NCBI GenBank assembly: GCA_963745025.1
Contig: CAVUWD010000016.1
Span: forward strand, 832,001-896,000
DNA length: 64,000 bases
Source of the DNA: an uncultured delta proteobacterium
GTDB lineage: Bacteria > Desulfobacterota > Binatia > JACPRU01
Reading direction: 5' to 3'
Shown in pieces: positions 49,132 to 59,841 of this stretch (position 1 is the first letter of the stretch; every line of letters starts with the position of its first letter). The translations under genes and the position numbers were made by a program. The notes under the pieces are model-generated. The model was not told the origin of the DNA. It searched no databases and saw only the letters and a list, made by a program, of their open reading frames with translations.

Positions 49132-50754
49132 TCAGAAGGACAGCTCGAGGTTGGCGCTGAAGATCGACCCGGTCCCACCGACCACCTGGGGGACGGCCGT
49201 GTAGCCGATCGGCGACTTGTAGTCGTAAATGTACTCGAGGTTCAACCGTACCTCGCGGCGCTGGAAGAGCCACCAGTTGGCACCGGCGGCGATCTCCCAG
49301 GGTTCGCCGAACTCGCCGAAGACCGCCGATCCCGTCGTGTAGAGCTGAAGCGTCTTCGGGACGGCCATCGCCGAGGCCAGGACCTGGAATCCGTGATCGA
49401 ACGTGTGGTCGATCGGCAGGGGCCCGTCGGCCTTGAAGTCGTTCAACCAGCGCAGGTAGTACTCGCCCTCGAGCGCGAAGCCGCGGTATTTCAGGCCGGC
49501 GTCGAAGGCGGTCATGTAGTAGTCCACGTCGCTCACCGCCACGCCTGGGGCCAGGGCGCCCGGTGTGAAGATGATGGTGCCGTTCGACAGCCGGATCTGC
49601 GTGTTGTCGATGTCTTCGGTGTTCGGCTGTGACTGCCGGTCCTCCGGGCTGAAGGTGAAGTGCACGCCGAGCCGCGTGGCGACGTCCTCATGCTCCTCGT
49701 AGTCGCCGAATCCGGAGCGAGGTCCGAACTCGCCCGTCGTCGGCATCCACCAGACTGCCGTCGAGGTGGTGGTGAGATCCTGGTCCAGCTGCCCGGCGTC
49801 CACGCCGAGGATGCTCAGGTTGTTCGACAGCATCGTGTAGTAGGCGACGCCCGGAAGCGGGTTGCCCATGGCGAAGAAACCGGAAGCGTACGATCCGCGG
49901 AAGAACTCGTCGGCGATGGTGCGATGATCGACGGTGAGCCAGTACGGGAAGTTGCCCGACGTGGAGCGCGTCGTCGGCAACGACAGGATGCCGGCGCCGA
50001 CCATGAGAGACTTGTCGAAGACGTATTTCAGGTTGCCGCCGACGACGACCTGTGCGCCCTGTCCCTGGGCGGCGTTGTTGGTCCACACGTAGAGGACGTA
50101 CTCGAACTTCGGGTCGAGCATCCAGCCTCGGAACTCGATCTTCACCTTGTTGAGCTCGACGTCTTCGCGCTTGTCGATCTTGACGGTCTCTCCCAAGCCG
50201 TTCACGTAGGTGTCGTCGAGGCCCTTCTGGTTCAGGTAGCGGACGTACGTGTAGATCCCGAAGCGCACTTCGCCCCACTCGTTTGCTGCCAGCGTGAAGC
50301 CGCGCCCGGGGTAGTAGCTGCCGATCTTGCTCGTAGGCCGACGCTCGGCTCCATAGCCAAACGGCTTGTCGGACGGCTTGTCGGGCTCCATCTCCCCCAC
50401 GGGCGACTCGGCGATCTCCCGGGGAGCCGGCTCCGGCGTGGCGGCAGGGGCAGGCGCCGCGACCTCGGCCGGAGTGGCCGTGATCGCCGGAACCCCGCCG
50501 GTGACCTGCTTCTCCTTCAGCTCGCGGACCTCGGACTGCAGCTCGTCGATCTGCGTGTCCTTGCCCCGGAGCTGTTCCTGGAGCTCGCGTTGGCTCCTCT
50601 CGAGCTGCTCCAGGCGTTGGAGGATCTCCGCCTGCGACGGGGTCTGGGCAACCGAGCGGGTGGGCAGCGCGGATACGAGGAGGGTGGTTGCCAACGACCC
50701 GACGACCAAGCCGGTCATCCCGCGCGCGCGTTCCATGGAAGTTGGCGAGTTCAT
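49132..50754 (-). CDS. Hypothetical outer-membrane protein with N-terminal coiled coil (porin-like); start may be 50718
   Basis: Signal peptide, coiled coil, beta-strand-rich body and terminal aromatic NLELSF. Confidence 0.72.
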   Translation of the reverse strand: MNSPTSMERARGMTGLVVGSLATTLLVSALPTRSVAQTPSQAEILQRLEQLERSQRELQEQLRGKDTQIDELQSEVRELKEKQVTGGVPAITATPAEVAAPAPAATPEPAPREIAESPVGEMEPDKPSDKPFGYGAERRPTSKIGSYYPGRGFTLAANEWGEVRFGIYTYVRYLNQKGLDDTYVNGLGETVKIDKREDVELNKVKIEFRGWMLDPKFEYVLYVWTNNAAQGQGAQVVVGGNLKYVFDKSLMVGAGILSLPTTRSTSGNFPYWLTVDHRTIADEFFRGSYASGFFAMGNPLPGVAYYTMLSNNLSILGVDAGQLDQDLTTTSTAVWWMPTTGEFGPRSGFGDYEEHEDVATRLGVHFTFSPEDRQSQPNTEDIDNTQIRLSNGTIIFTPGALAPGVAVSDVDYYMTAFDAGLKYRGFALEGEYYLRWLNDFKADGPLPIDHTFDHGFQVLASAMAVPKTLQLYTTGSAVFGEFGEPWEIAAGANWWLFQRREVRLNLEYIYDYKSPIGYTAVPQVVGGTGSIFSANLELSF

Positions 50755-50805
50755 ACGTGCGGAGTCGATGTCGTCGACAGGTAAGCTCGCCTCCCGACCA
50801 AGCAT

Positions 50806-51870
50806 CTACTCGGGGTTGGGACCGAAGATGTCCACGCCGAGCTTGCCCGAGATGTAGCGAATCGCCTTCAGCGCGCGCACGCTGTTTCCCGCCTCGTTGA
50901 GGCGAGGCGAGAAGGCGGCGATGGCAAGTCGTCCGGGCACGACGGACACGATGCCGCCGCCGACGCCGGTCTTCGACGGCAGCCCCGCTTCGAACGACCA
51001 CAGGCCGGACTCGTCGTAGAAACCCGCCGTCAGCATGATCGACAGCAGCTCGGGGACGCTCGCCTCGTCGAGCAAGCGCTTGCCGGTCTTCGGGTTCGCC
51101 CCCCGGTTAGCGAGCGTGGCCCCCATCATCGCGAGCTCCTTGGTGCTGACGCCGACCGAGCACTCCTTCGTGTAGACTCGCAGTGCCTCCTCGGGATCCG
51201 AGTACAGTCGCTCGTAGTTGAAGAGCAGGTTCGCGATTCCACGGTTGCTCCATGAAGTCTCGTATTCGGATTTGAAGACTTCGTCCAAAAGCGGCAAGTC
51301 GGCGCCGCCGGCGAAGTCTCTCATGTTGGTCAGGACCTTCTGCCAGCGATCGTCCTCGCTGCTCGCCTTGACGAGGCTCACCGCGGCAATGGCGCCGGCA
51401 TTGACCAGCGGGTTGACGGACCGGCCCTTGTAGATCTCGAGCGCCATCTTGGAGTTGAACGGCAAACCCGTGGGCTCCACCCCGATCTTGTCGGCGATCA
51501 CCTGCGGCCCGCCGTATTGCTGCATGACGAGGGCCGCAGTGAAGGGTTTGGCAACGGACTCGATGGCGAACCGGTAGTCGGCGTCGCCCGCGCTATAGAG
51601 CGTGCCGTCTCGCGTCGCGATGACCACGCCGAAGAGCTCCGACGGGATCGTCTTCAGGATCGGTATGTAGTCCGCGTTCTTGCCGTCCTTCACGTCTTTG
51701 AACTTGGCATGTGCCTCCGTCACGACTTTCTGCAATTGCTCGGCGTCGAGCATCGCGACGGCCTCGCCCTCGCCCTTGGCGTGTGCGGCCGAGCAGAAAG
51801 CCAACACGACGGCGGCAACCATCGACAGAGCCGCCAACGATTTCGAATCCGAGATCTCTCGTCTGCTCAT
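50806..51870 (-). CDS. glsA: Glutaminase A with N-terminal signal peptide
   Basis: GKNADYIP, FAIESVAK (SxxK), GVEPTGLPFNS, NPLVNAGAI, GFYDESG, SKTGVGGG and FSPRL..GNSVR. Confidence 0.93.
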   Translation of the reverse strand: MSRREISDSKSLAALSMVAAVVLAFCSAAHAKGEGEAVAMLDAEQLQKVVTEAHAKFKDVKDGKNADYIPILKTIPSELFGVVIATRDGTLYSAGDADYRFAIESVAKPFTAALVMQQYGGPQVIADKIGVEPTGLPFNSKMALEIYKGRSVNPLVNAGAIAAVSLVKASSEDDRWQKVLTNMRDFAGGADLPLLDEVFKSEYETSWSNRGIANLLFNYERLYSDPEEALRVYTKECSVGVSTKELAMMGATLANRGANPKTGKRLLDEASVPELLSIMLTAGFYDESGLWSFEAGLPSKTGVGGGIVSVVPGRLAIAAFSPRLNEAGNSVRALKAIRYISGKLGVDIFGPNPE

Positions 51871-51899
51871 TGTCTTCTCCTCCAGGATGGTGGTGTCGC

Positions 51900-52994
51900 T
51901 CATCGCAGGTTCGCGGCTTCCCAGGCGCGTACCTTGCGCCGGGCCGTGTCGAACAATCGCTCGTAGTTTCCCGTGCGCAGCTTTTCGCTCACCTCCGCGG
52001 GCAGTGCCTTCCACAGCGGCTCGTACTGATCGTAGATCCGCAAGTAAGTCTTCTGGTCGGGCGGCGCGACCTCGTCCGTGCCGAACAGAAAGCGGTCCGG
52101 ATAGCGCTCGAGCATGGCCACGGTGAGCTCGACCGAGCGCGGAGTTTCGACGACGTACTTCGCGACCTCGGTCCACGAAAGGTCGAAGTAGACGTTGCCG
52201 AGCCCGGATCCTTCAGGATCTCCTCCAGGAGCGCGATGTGCCCCGGGATGGGCTGGATCACGCGCCCGAGTCCCGTGTGCGCCCAGATGATCGTCGTCTT
52301 GGGATGGCGCGCGAGCAGAGCCTTCATCTGCTCGAAGTCGGTGCGCACCTTCTCGGCCTTGCGGAACGGCTGGTGGATGTCGTTGTGGATGATGACGACC
52401 AGGCCGACCTCACCCGCGAAGTCGAGGATGCGGTCGAGCGCCGGGTCGGTCAGGCTCGGGACGTCGCCGGCAATCTTCGAGGACACGAACTCCTTGTGGA
52501 TCGTGAACTCACCGATCCCGGAGAACACGCCGGGAAAGGTCTTGAGCACCCGCCGGATGTGATCGGCCGCGTACATGTCGGCGGGGTTGAAGCCGGTGAT
52601 CATCGGATCGAAGCGGGCCTGCTGCTCCGCCGTCAGCGACTTGTAGGCCATCGCGATGTAGGCGTCCGTGAAGGAGTAGTAGTAGAGGTCCGCGTCGCTA
52701 TCGAGGTAATACTTCGGCGCGTCGTCGCCCGAGACGCGGTACGACCACTGCTTGCTGCAGCGGGATTCCGAACAGCGCGACGCGCCAGACGCGCGAGCCC
52801 ATGATGTCCAGAAACTTCCGGATGTCGGTTCCTTCCTGGATGTAGTTGGTGAGATGGAAGTGACCGTCGTCGAGCTCGTAGCCGGGCGGCGCCGCATGGA
52901 TCGTCGTAGGGACGATCACGAGCCCGAGCAGCGCGGTCGCCGCGAGCCACGAACGCAGCCAGTCCCTAGGAGAAGGCAAGCGTTTCGAGTCCAC
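51900..52994 (-). CDS. Amidohydrolase-family protein with signal peptide (two frameshifts)
   Basis: D.HFHLTNY, GIGEFTIHKE, IIHND, IWAHTG and RFLFGTDE. Confidence 0.82.
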
Positions 52995-52995
52995 T

Positions 52996-54444
52996 CTAGA
53001 AGATGGAGTACGCGACGCCGACCTGGTTCCGGAAGACGTGACCGGAAGCCCCGCTCTCCTTCTGATTGTTGCCGTAGAGGAGTTCGTAGCCGACGCTGAG
53101 CCGCTCGCGGAGCTGCCAAACGAGGTTGCCGCTCGCGTACTGGGTCTCGTGATACGCGTCCGGTCCCTGCGTGCCCAGGCCGTCCACCTTCACCCAGCCG
53201 AAGGTAGCGGTCGAGCGCCAGCACGAAAGCCAATGATGGGTATAGCTGCCGAAGGCTCCGTAGTACGGCAGGGCCTTCAGATCCCCGCTGCTGTTGAAGG
53301 CGGCGTCGGTGTTGAAGAAGCCGGAATCGTTCCCGTAGCGCCCGAGCCCTTCGCCGTAAGTGAACTGGCCACCGAGCACATCTTCTTTGACGTCGTCCGT
53401 CTTCCAGGGAAGCTTGATGTTGAGAGTTGCGCCGAGGTTGAGGCCCCAGCCGAAGACCGAATCTTTGCCGAGCGTCGCGCTCTTCGCGGAGAGATCGCGG
53501 AACACGGTGCTGAGCTGCACGTGTCCGAGGTCGGCCGACTCGCCGCGCAAGTTGAAGGCGAAGTCTGGCGTATGGTTGATTCCGCTCACCGACGCCCCAT
53601 CGACGTCCGAGGCCTGAGTGTCAGGCTGCGTCAGTCCGGCGTTGAGTGCCCACGCGGAGCCCAACGGGACCTTGTAGCGCACCAGCGGGAAGCGCGCGAA
53701 GATCATCGAGTTCGGACCTTCGTAGTCCACCGTGTCCGGCCAGACGTCGGGGTCCTCGAAGGGACTGAAGGTCTGGCCGATGGTGACGTTGTAGATGCTC
53801 CCGTACAGGTGCTGGATGCGGTAGTTGAACTCGCCCGACCCGGAGCCGAAGAAGTCGTTCTGATAGTAGAAGCGCGGGCTCCCCGCCACGTCCGGCGCGC
53901 GCACGTCGACGACCAGCTGCGAGCCCTTGCCGTTGGCGTTGAACACCGGCCCGTCGCCTTTGGTCGGATCCCCACTCACCGGGATCTTGGCGGTGATGAA
54001 GCGGTTGTCGTCGCCGGCATTGCCGGTGTCGTACGTGAAGTCGACGCGCGGCTTGGCGTTGAATCGCAGCATCACACCCGTGTTCGGGATGCGAACGAAC
54101 CCGCGCAATTTCGGGTCAACCGGCGCCTGGGGACCGATACCTTGTGAGGTGAGCACGGTCTCGAGAGCCTTGGAGGCAGCTTCCTCCGCCGGAGAGGGCG
54201 GCGCCGCTTCCGCCGGCGGCGCGGCGGCCAGCGCTGGCGCAGCGGCGGCCGCGGCCTTCTCCTGCTGTCGTTCCCGCTCGAGCTTATCGATCTTCTGGTT
54301 GAGCGTGTTGATCGTCTGCTGCATCTGCTCGACGGACTTCTTGAGAGCGTCGAGCTCCGCGTCGTCCGCACGTACAGCGGGTGCGACGAGCATCACGATG
54401 ACAGCCGCCACGCTCGCCCACCGAGTCACGATGTTTGCGCGCAT
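52996..54444 (-). CDS. DcaP-family trimeric outer-membrane transporter
   Basis: Signal peptide, coiled coil, FITAKIP, QNDF, GQTFSPFED..PDTVDYEGP, YGEGLGRY and terminal YSIF. Confidence 0.82.
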   Translation of the reverse strand: MRANIVTRWASVAAVIVMLVAPAVRADDAELDALKKSVEQMQQTINTLNQKIDKLERERQQEKAAAAAAPALAAAPPAEAAPPSPAEEAASKALETVLTSQGIGPQAPVDPKLRGFVRIPNTGVMLRFNAKPRVDFTYDTGNAGDDNRFITAKIPVSGDPTKGDGPVFNANGKGSQLVVDVRAPDVAGSPRFYYQNDFFGSGSGEFNYRIQHLYGSIYNVTIGQTFSPFEDPDVWPDTVDYEGPNSMIFARFPLVRYKVPLGSAWALNAGLTQPDTQASDVDGASVSGINHTPDFAFNLRGESADLGHVQLSTVFRDLSAKSATLGKDSVFGWGLNLGATLNIKLPWKTDDVKEDVLGGQFTYGEGLGRYGNDSGFFNTDAAFNSSGDLKALPYYGAFGSYTHHWLSCWRSTATFGWVKVDGLGTQGPDAYHETQYASGNLVWQLRERLSVGYELLYGNNQKESGASGHVFRNQVGVAYSIF

Positions 54445-54531
54445 GAGCCTATGCCTCCGATACCGTGATCGATTGGTGCACGACGCGCGCACCATGACGC
54501 AGGGCGACTAGCGGATCCGCGTCCCATCGGG

Positions 54532-55053
54532 TTAGTTCGCCGTGACCGTGACGTCCGTGCTCCAAATGATGTCAACGCGGTCGCCAACCTTGACCTTGTC
54601 GAACACCGTCGGATCGAAGACACGTCGGCTGTATTTCCAGTTGTCCGGTCCGACAATGGTGATCGACGATGTGCTCTTGTCGATATCGGTGACGGTCGCC
54701 GTCATGATTCGGAGCATGGATGCGCTTCCGAAGTCTTTATCCACGTAAGCACGATCGACCGCCGCCTCGTTAGGCTCTTTCAGTCGCACCTTGATGTGGT
54801 CGTCATACGTTACCTTCACCTTGTCGCCGACCTTGAGCTCGTCGAACCCCTTCACACTCTGGGGCACGTCAATGGTGACGAAGCCGCCCGAGTCCTTCTT
54901 GATGGTCAAGTGGCGCCTGGGACTGTCAATCGCCTCGACGGTACCAGCAACGGTGACGGTCTGTTTCGCCTCTTTTGTCACTTGCGCCCAACTGGACATG
55001 GCAAGAGCCAAGACCAATCCCCACCAGCTCAAGATGATCGTTGCGCGCTTCAT
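54532..55053 (-). CDS. Secreted beta-rich repeat protein (paralogous to the N-terminal part of 43571-44521)
   Basis: Signal peptide; TVEAID..LTIK, LKVGDKV, TATVTDID and VKVGDRV. Confidence 0.7.
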   Translation of the reverse strand: MKRATIILSWWGLVLALAMSSWAQVTKEAKQTVTVAGTVEAIDSPRRHLTIKKDSGGFVTIDVPQSVKGFDELKVGDKVKVTYDDHIKVRLKEPNEAAVDRAYVDKDFGSASMLRIMTATVTDIDKSTSSITIVGPDNWKYSRRVFDPTVFDKVKVGDRVDIIWSTDVTVTAN

Positions 55054-55207
55054 GTATTGTTTTCCTTTCGTCTCACATTGCCGGGGAGCGATTGCCGAAG
55101 AATGCCACGTCGGCCACAGGTTGGCCAGCGCCCCGGCCTTACGCCCCCCGCGGTCCAGCACCGCCTCGCTCCCGTCCAAGAGATCCTTCAACACGTTGCT
55201 CCGGACC

Positions 55208-55779
55208 TCACTTGACGTCGAGCTTCTTGAACCGCGAGCCCTGGAAGGACACATCCCCTATGAGCCCTTTCTCGCCGAAGACGAAGACAACGATCGCTGT
55301 CTTCAGATTGGTCGTATCGATAGTGGCGCCAGCGCCGAGTTTGGCCACGGCCAGCGACGCATCCACGCCCAGCTCCCACTCGCGCGTGCCGCCGGTGAAC
55401 TTGGCCAGCGCGTCGTCCGTGTTCAGCACCAGGATCATCGAGTGCTTTTCGATGCCCGCGAGGAATCCCGCCTTGAGCGCGCTCGTCCCGTAGTAGAGCG
55501 GCGTTGCGGCACCCTTGGTCAGCACGCACTCGCCTGACTCCACGCCGACGAGAAGCCCCCCTTGGTGATGCTCGGGCACACCAGGACACCCTTGGCGTTG
55601 GCGAGCACCGCATCGGCGCCCTTGGTCTGTGCCTCGAACTTCGCCAGCGTGGCTTTCGCATCGGCCTCCAGCTTGGCCGCTTCCTGGGCCGTGAAGGCCG
55701 CCATGGCCTGACCCGACAGGGCGAGACCAAGGGCCACGACCCCGCTCATCACGCGTAGCTTGATCCTTCGATTGAACAT
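55208..55779 (-). CDS. YSC84/SYLF lipid-binding domain protein (one frameshift)
   Basis: Signal peptide; AKGVLVCPSITKGG..VGVESGECVL, WELGVDASLAV and KGLIGDVSFQGSRF. Confidence 0.8.
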
Positions 55780-55928
55780 GCGCCTCCCTCCTCTTTCTTA
55801 GTTAGTGGTAGAACTCCTCCCCTATGTCACTCGTACCCAACGTGAACGAGTGGTAAGACCCTTCGTCTCCCTACGAAGCCGGGAGGCAAGCAAAGCCTGG
55901 TTCGAAGACACGAGTTGCCGAAGTGAGT

Positions 55929-56348
55929 ATGCACGGCTCCATCAAAGTGACGCTCGGTGTTCTCTCGCTGAACGTAATGACGCTCTGCGGGTGTGAGGAC
56001 CTAGTTGTGCGCGACGTGTCAAGCCTGCTCATCCCCAGGTTTCAACGGTCTGAGATCCTTGGATTCACAGCCGGTTTCGGAACGACCTTCGCTGCGGTGC
56101 CAGACCTGATCACGATGCTCAGGCGCCGGTCAAGCGCAGGTATGAATCCGAGGATGGCGGGAATCATGGGCATCTTTCAGATCGTCTGGGTCTACTATGG
56201 TTTGTTGATTGCTTCGCGACCGGTGATCGCATGGAATGCGGTTGCCGTCGTGATCAATTTTCTGAGCGTCGGCGCATACGTCCATTTCGTGCGCAGGGAA
56301 CGGAAGCAAACGATGGAGTCGACGGGTTTGTCAAGCGGCGCTTCTTAA
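55929..56348 (+). CDS. SemiSWEET/PQ-loop family transporter
   Basis: LGFTAG..TTFAAVPD, WVYYGLLI..PVIAWN; three TM segments. Confidence 0.8.
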   Translation: MHGSIKVTLGVLSLNVMTLCGCEDLVVRDVSSLLIPRFQRSEILGFTAGFGTTFAAVPDLITMLRRRSSAGMNPRMAGIMGIFQIVWVYYGLLIASRPVIAWNAVAVVINFLSVGAYVHFVRRERKQTMESTGLSSGAS

Positions 56349-56489
56349 CTGACCAAGGGTTGGCGAGAAGCGTTTCACGCCAATCGCGGGCGGATCCGCG
56401 GGCGGCGCTGCCGAGCGTTGCAGCGGCTTCGCGCTGTTTCGAAGCCTCACGCAGCGACTGGCTGGTGACGGCCGGGACAATGTCGCGGC

Positions 56490-56705
56490 GCGCGGCAGCG
56501 TGAGGCTGCGCACCACGAGCAGTGCCAGCGTCGGGACCGCCACCAGCACCGCGAACAACGCGCGCGTCACCAGTCCCGGATTGCGTCCCACGCGGCGGAC
56601 CTCGCGTACCACGATGCCCAGGCCAAGGGTCAACATCACGCAGAAGATCGTCGCCGCGGCAGCCAGCGTGAGCACGCGCTCGGGGATCGGGCCATCGACA
56701 ATCAT
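56490..56705 (-). pseudogene. Bile acid:sodium symporter (BASS) N-terminal fragment
   Basis: IFCVMLTLGL..PGLVTRALFAVLVAVP; similarity stops after LPRAA. Confidence 0.6.
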
Positions 56706-56759
56706 CCAGCCACTCCCGCAGGCTCGCGGCCCCCCGATCGCCTGTGCGTCACGCCCGCC

Positions 56760-58148
56760 TTAGCGGCGACTCCGCGCGGCCGAGCCACCCAGGCCCTGCA
56801 CGTCCGGCGTGCGTGCCAGTGCCAGCTCGTCGGGCCGCGTGAAGACCGCCTCGATCGCCGCGTCGAGTCGCTGCTTTTCCTGCAGCAAAGGCGCGTGGCG
56901 ATATGCCGGCAGCAGCGCGAGCAGGTTGTCGATCATCGCCCGCAAACGGCGCGCGATTTGCAGCGAGTTGGCGCCACAGGCGCGGATCTCGGCGCACGCC
57001 ACCAGCACGAAGTCGTCCCAGTCGGGCGTCCGCTGGACCAGCCGCACGCGGCCGCTGGCATCGACCACTTCGTCCGAGTGCAGGCGCCGCTTGCCCGCCA
57101 CCCGCAGCAGTCGGTGGATCTGGTCGATGGCGAGCACAGCGGTCGTCGGGTCGTTGATCGCCGGCGACAGCGCCTTCAGGGCGATGTCGACCAGGATGCG
57201 GAACGCGAACACCGGGTCCTGCTCCATGGTCCTCTCGTCGCCGAAGGCCACCGCGGCACGCAGCCGGTGGTCGTCGATCGCTGCTGCGCTCGCGTATAGG
57301 CGGAATAGCGGCTCGTCCGGCGTGATGAAGTCGCCGATCTGCGGCACCAGTTCGATCACGCCATCGTGACGCCGCGCCTCCTCGATCAGGGACGCCAGCT
57401 CGACCGCCAACAGGATCTTCGACCGCCCGGTGTGCATGACTTCGCGGGCCGCCGCGGGCAGCTGCACGTGGGTGCGCGTGCGTTCGTCGTGATCGGCACT
57501 CGCGAGGCTCGGATACATCGCTTGCAGCACCTCGATGCCCTGGTTGCCCACGTGCGCCAGGATGCTCACCGGGCGCAGCATGCGAGCCGCGTAGTCGATC
57601 AGGAACAGGAACACCATCAGGCAGGCGACGCCGAGCACGCCGACCAACGTGGTCACCAGGTGCGGTACGGTGGTGCCGAGGCGATTGAGCCCGGCGACCG
57701 CCAGCAGCAGCGTGAAGACGAACAGGCCCACGCTGAAGCGCACCACGTTGTCGCGCAGCAGCGTGGTGGCGATCACACGCGGCGTCAGCTGGCCACCGGC
57801 GATCTGGATGGCCACCAGCAGCGAACCGAAGGTGAAGACGAGGAACGACAGCGCCAGCGTGATGACCGTCTGGTACAGCGCGGCCGCGCCCGACACTCCC
57901 AGCCCGGTCACGTTCCAGTCGAGATAGCTGTCGAGCCAGCGCATGAGCGGCGCCAGCAGGTAGATCAGCACGATCGCCACGATCGGCGTGACCCAGAGCG
58001 CCGAGCGCACGTAGCTGGCGGCCCGGTACATCCGGCCCCAGGTGAGCCGCGCCCTGATGAACTGCGCCACACCGTTGTCCGGCCGCTTCGCCGCCTGCGG
58101 CCGTGGCGTGCCGGACGAAGCTACGGTGGTCTGGCCGTGGGTTGTCAT
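56760..58148 (-). CDS. DUF2254 family membrane protein
   Basis: LLVAIQIAGGQLTPR, ERTMEQDP.FAFRILVDIALKALSPAINDPTTA. Confidence 0.9.
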   Translation of the reverse strand: MTTHGQTTVASSGTPRPQAAKRPDNGVAQFIRARLTWGRMYRAASYVRSALWVTPIVAIVLIYLLAPLMRWLDSYLDWNVTGLGVSGAAALYQTVITLALSFLVFTFGSLLVAIQIAGGQLTPRVIATTLLRDNVVRFSVGLFVFTLLLAVAGLNRLGTTVPHLVTTLVGVLGVACLMVFLFLIDYAARMLRPVSILAHVGNQGIEVLQAMYPSLASADHDERTRTHVQLPAAAREVMHTGRSKILLAVELASLIEEARRHDGVIELVPQIGDFITPDEPLFRLYASAAAIDDHRLRAAVAFGDERTMEQDPVFAFRILVDIALKALSPAINDPTTAVLAIDQIHRLLRVAGKRRLHSDEVVDASGRVRLVQRTPDWDDFVLVACAEIRACGANSLQIARRLRAMIDNLLALLPAYRHAPLLQEKQRLDAAIEAVFTRPDELALARTPDVQGLGGSAARSRR

Positions 58149-58226
58149 GTTTTCGCGAATTGACGTCCACCCCGAAGAGGACGGCAAGTCGAAACTAGAG
58201 TATCGTACCGACCTGTTTGTCAACTC

Positions 58227-59639
58227 CTAAGAAACAACGACAGTAGGGGTTTGTAATTGCACGAGTTGGAAGCCGAGAGAGGCGGCGCGCTTGGAGAGAG
58301 AGCGGACGGTGCGCTCGCGGAATTTGAGTTCGTAGTAATCGATGCCGAGATCTTTGTAGGGTTGGCGGTGCTTCCACATTCGGTAGAAGATGCGCGAGAG
58401 CTTGTGGGCGGTGGCGGTGATGGCCTTGGGGGGCCCGAGTCGGGCGCGCATGCGGCGATGAAAGGCACCCAGAGCGGTGTGGCTGTTGCCGGCAGACTGA
58501 GCGGCTCGGCGTAAGGCAGTGGCCACACGGTTGGAGGCTTTTCGGGTCTTGGAGCTTTTCACTTCTCCTCCGGTGACACGGTTGTCGGGGCACAGCGCAA
58601 GCCAGGAGGCGAAGTGCTTCTCGGAGGGAAACTTCGAGGGATCGAGGCCGACCTCGGAAAGGATGGTCTGCACGGTGAGGGCATCGAACCCCGTGATGGC
58701 GGTGAAGTCGACGCCTGAGATTCGATAGAGGTGGGTGCGCAGGTCGAAGCCAGCCTCGTTGCGCTGGGGCTTGCGGTGGGTGGCCTTGGGTTGTCCCAGG
58801 GGCGTGAGAGCAGGGTCGACTTGGGTGTCGAAGCCGCCCAGGCATTGCTCGATCCGCAGGTCGCAGTCGGCAATCATGCTGCGGTAGGTGTCATAGAGCG
58901 AGAGGCATTGCTCAAGTGCGAAGAGGTGCTCGGGTCGGTAGTCGCCCTGGAGGGATTGGGCGATGCGCTCGGAGGTGCTCTTGATGCGATGATCGCGCAT
59001 CGCGGCCAGAAGCTGTGGATCTCGCTCACCGGCGAGGATGGAGCGAATGATTCTCATGCCGCTGACGCCGGTGATGTCACTGATGACCTTGTGAAGCTGG
59101 ATGTTCATCTGGGTCAGGGCCTTCTGCATGCGCTGCACGTGAGCGGCCGCGTCGCGGATGAGAGTATCGCGCTGGCGGATGTAGCTGCGCAGCACGCAGG
59201 TCTGATCGTCGGGACGAAACGATCCCGAGAGTAGACCAAAGGTGTGCAGCTGCTGGAGCCACTGGCAGTCCTGGATGTCGCTCTTTCTGCCGGGCAGGTT
59301 TTTGACGTGGCGGGCGTTGACGAGCTTGACCTCGAAGCCGCGCGTCTCGAGGATCTGAAAGAGCGGGATCCAGTAGACTCCGGTGGATTCCATGACCACG
59401 GTGTCGACTCCGCACTGCTCGAGCCAGTCAGCCAGACGGTGCAAATCGGCGGTGAAGCACTCGAAGCGGCGCACGGGCTGCGGATCGCGGTCCTCGGGAA
59501 CCGCCACGTAGTGCTCGGCGGATCCGACATCGATGCCGGCGGCGTTGAGGTGCACAGCCTTGAGGCTCGCGGGCAACCCCGTTCCTCGCGCGACGCTCTT
59601 TCTCTTTCGGCCTGCGCCGGGTTTGATAGACTCCTTCAT
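58227..59639 (-). CDS. IS110-family transposase/recombinase (DEDD RuvC + Tnp20)
   Basis: AAGIDVG, VMESTGVYW, RKSDIQDCQWL and FPSEKHFASWLALCP..TGG; RBS AAGGAGG. Confidence 0.95.
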   Translation of the reverse strand: MKESIKPGAGRKRKSVARGTGLPASLKAVHLNAAGIDVGSAEHYVAVPEDRDPQPVRRFECFTADLHRLADWLEQCGVDTVVMESTGVYWIPLFQILETRGFEVKLVNARHVKNLPGRKSDIQDCQWLQQLHTFGLLSGSFRPDDQTCVLRSYIRQRDTLIRDAAAHVQRMQKALTQMNIQLHKVISDITGVSGMRIIRSILAGERDPQLLAAMRDHRIKSTSERIAQSLQGDYRPEHLFALEQCLSLYDTYRSMIADCDLRIEQCLGGFDTQVDPALTPLGQPKATHRKPQRNEAGFDLRTHLYRISGVDFTAITGFDALTVQTILSEVGLDPSKFPSEKHFASWLALCPDNRVTGGEVKSSKTRKASNRVATALRRAAQSAGNSHTALGAFHRRMRARLGPPKAITATAHKLSRIFYRMWKHRQPYKDLGIDYYELKFRERTVRSLSKRAASLGFQLVQLQTPTVVVS

Positions 59640-59640
59640 C

Positions 59641-59841
59641 GAGTACACCTCCTTGGAGTTGGGATGTGCTCGGGCCGGGTGGGTCGAAGGTGAGAAATCT
59701 CCTAAACGGGATAACCCTCCGTGCGAGGGAGGGCTTCACCAATGAAACAACCGCAAGCCCCCCGGAACCATGCTAACCCACGGGCGCGAAGGCACCATTG
59801 GCGCTACGGTCTTAGCTACCCGAGCACATCCCGGTGTACTC
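59641..59841 (-). ncRNA. Putative IS110 bridge RNA
   Basis: Closing stems GAGTACAC/GTGTACTC and GGGATGTGCTCGGG/CCCGAGCACATCCC enclose two hairpin arms; internal segments match both element junctions. Confidence 0.72.

Noticed and set aside
54460-55110. Sigma-54 promoters upstream of DcaP and the 55053 gene
   Set aside because: TGG...GC motifs are present, but the GG-N10-GC spacing is not met.
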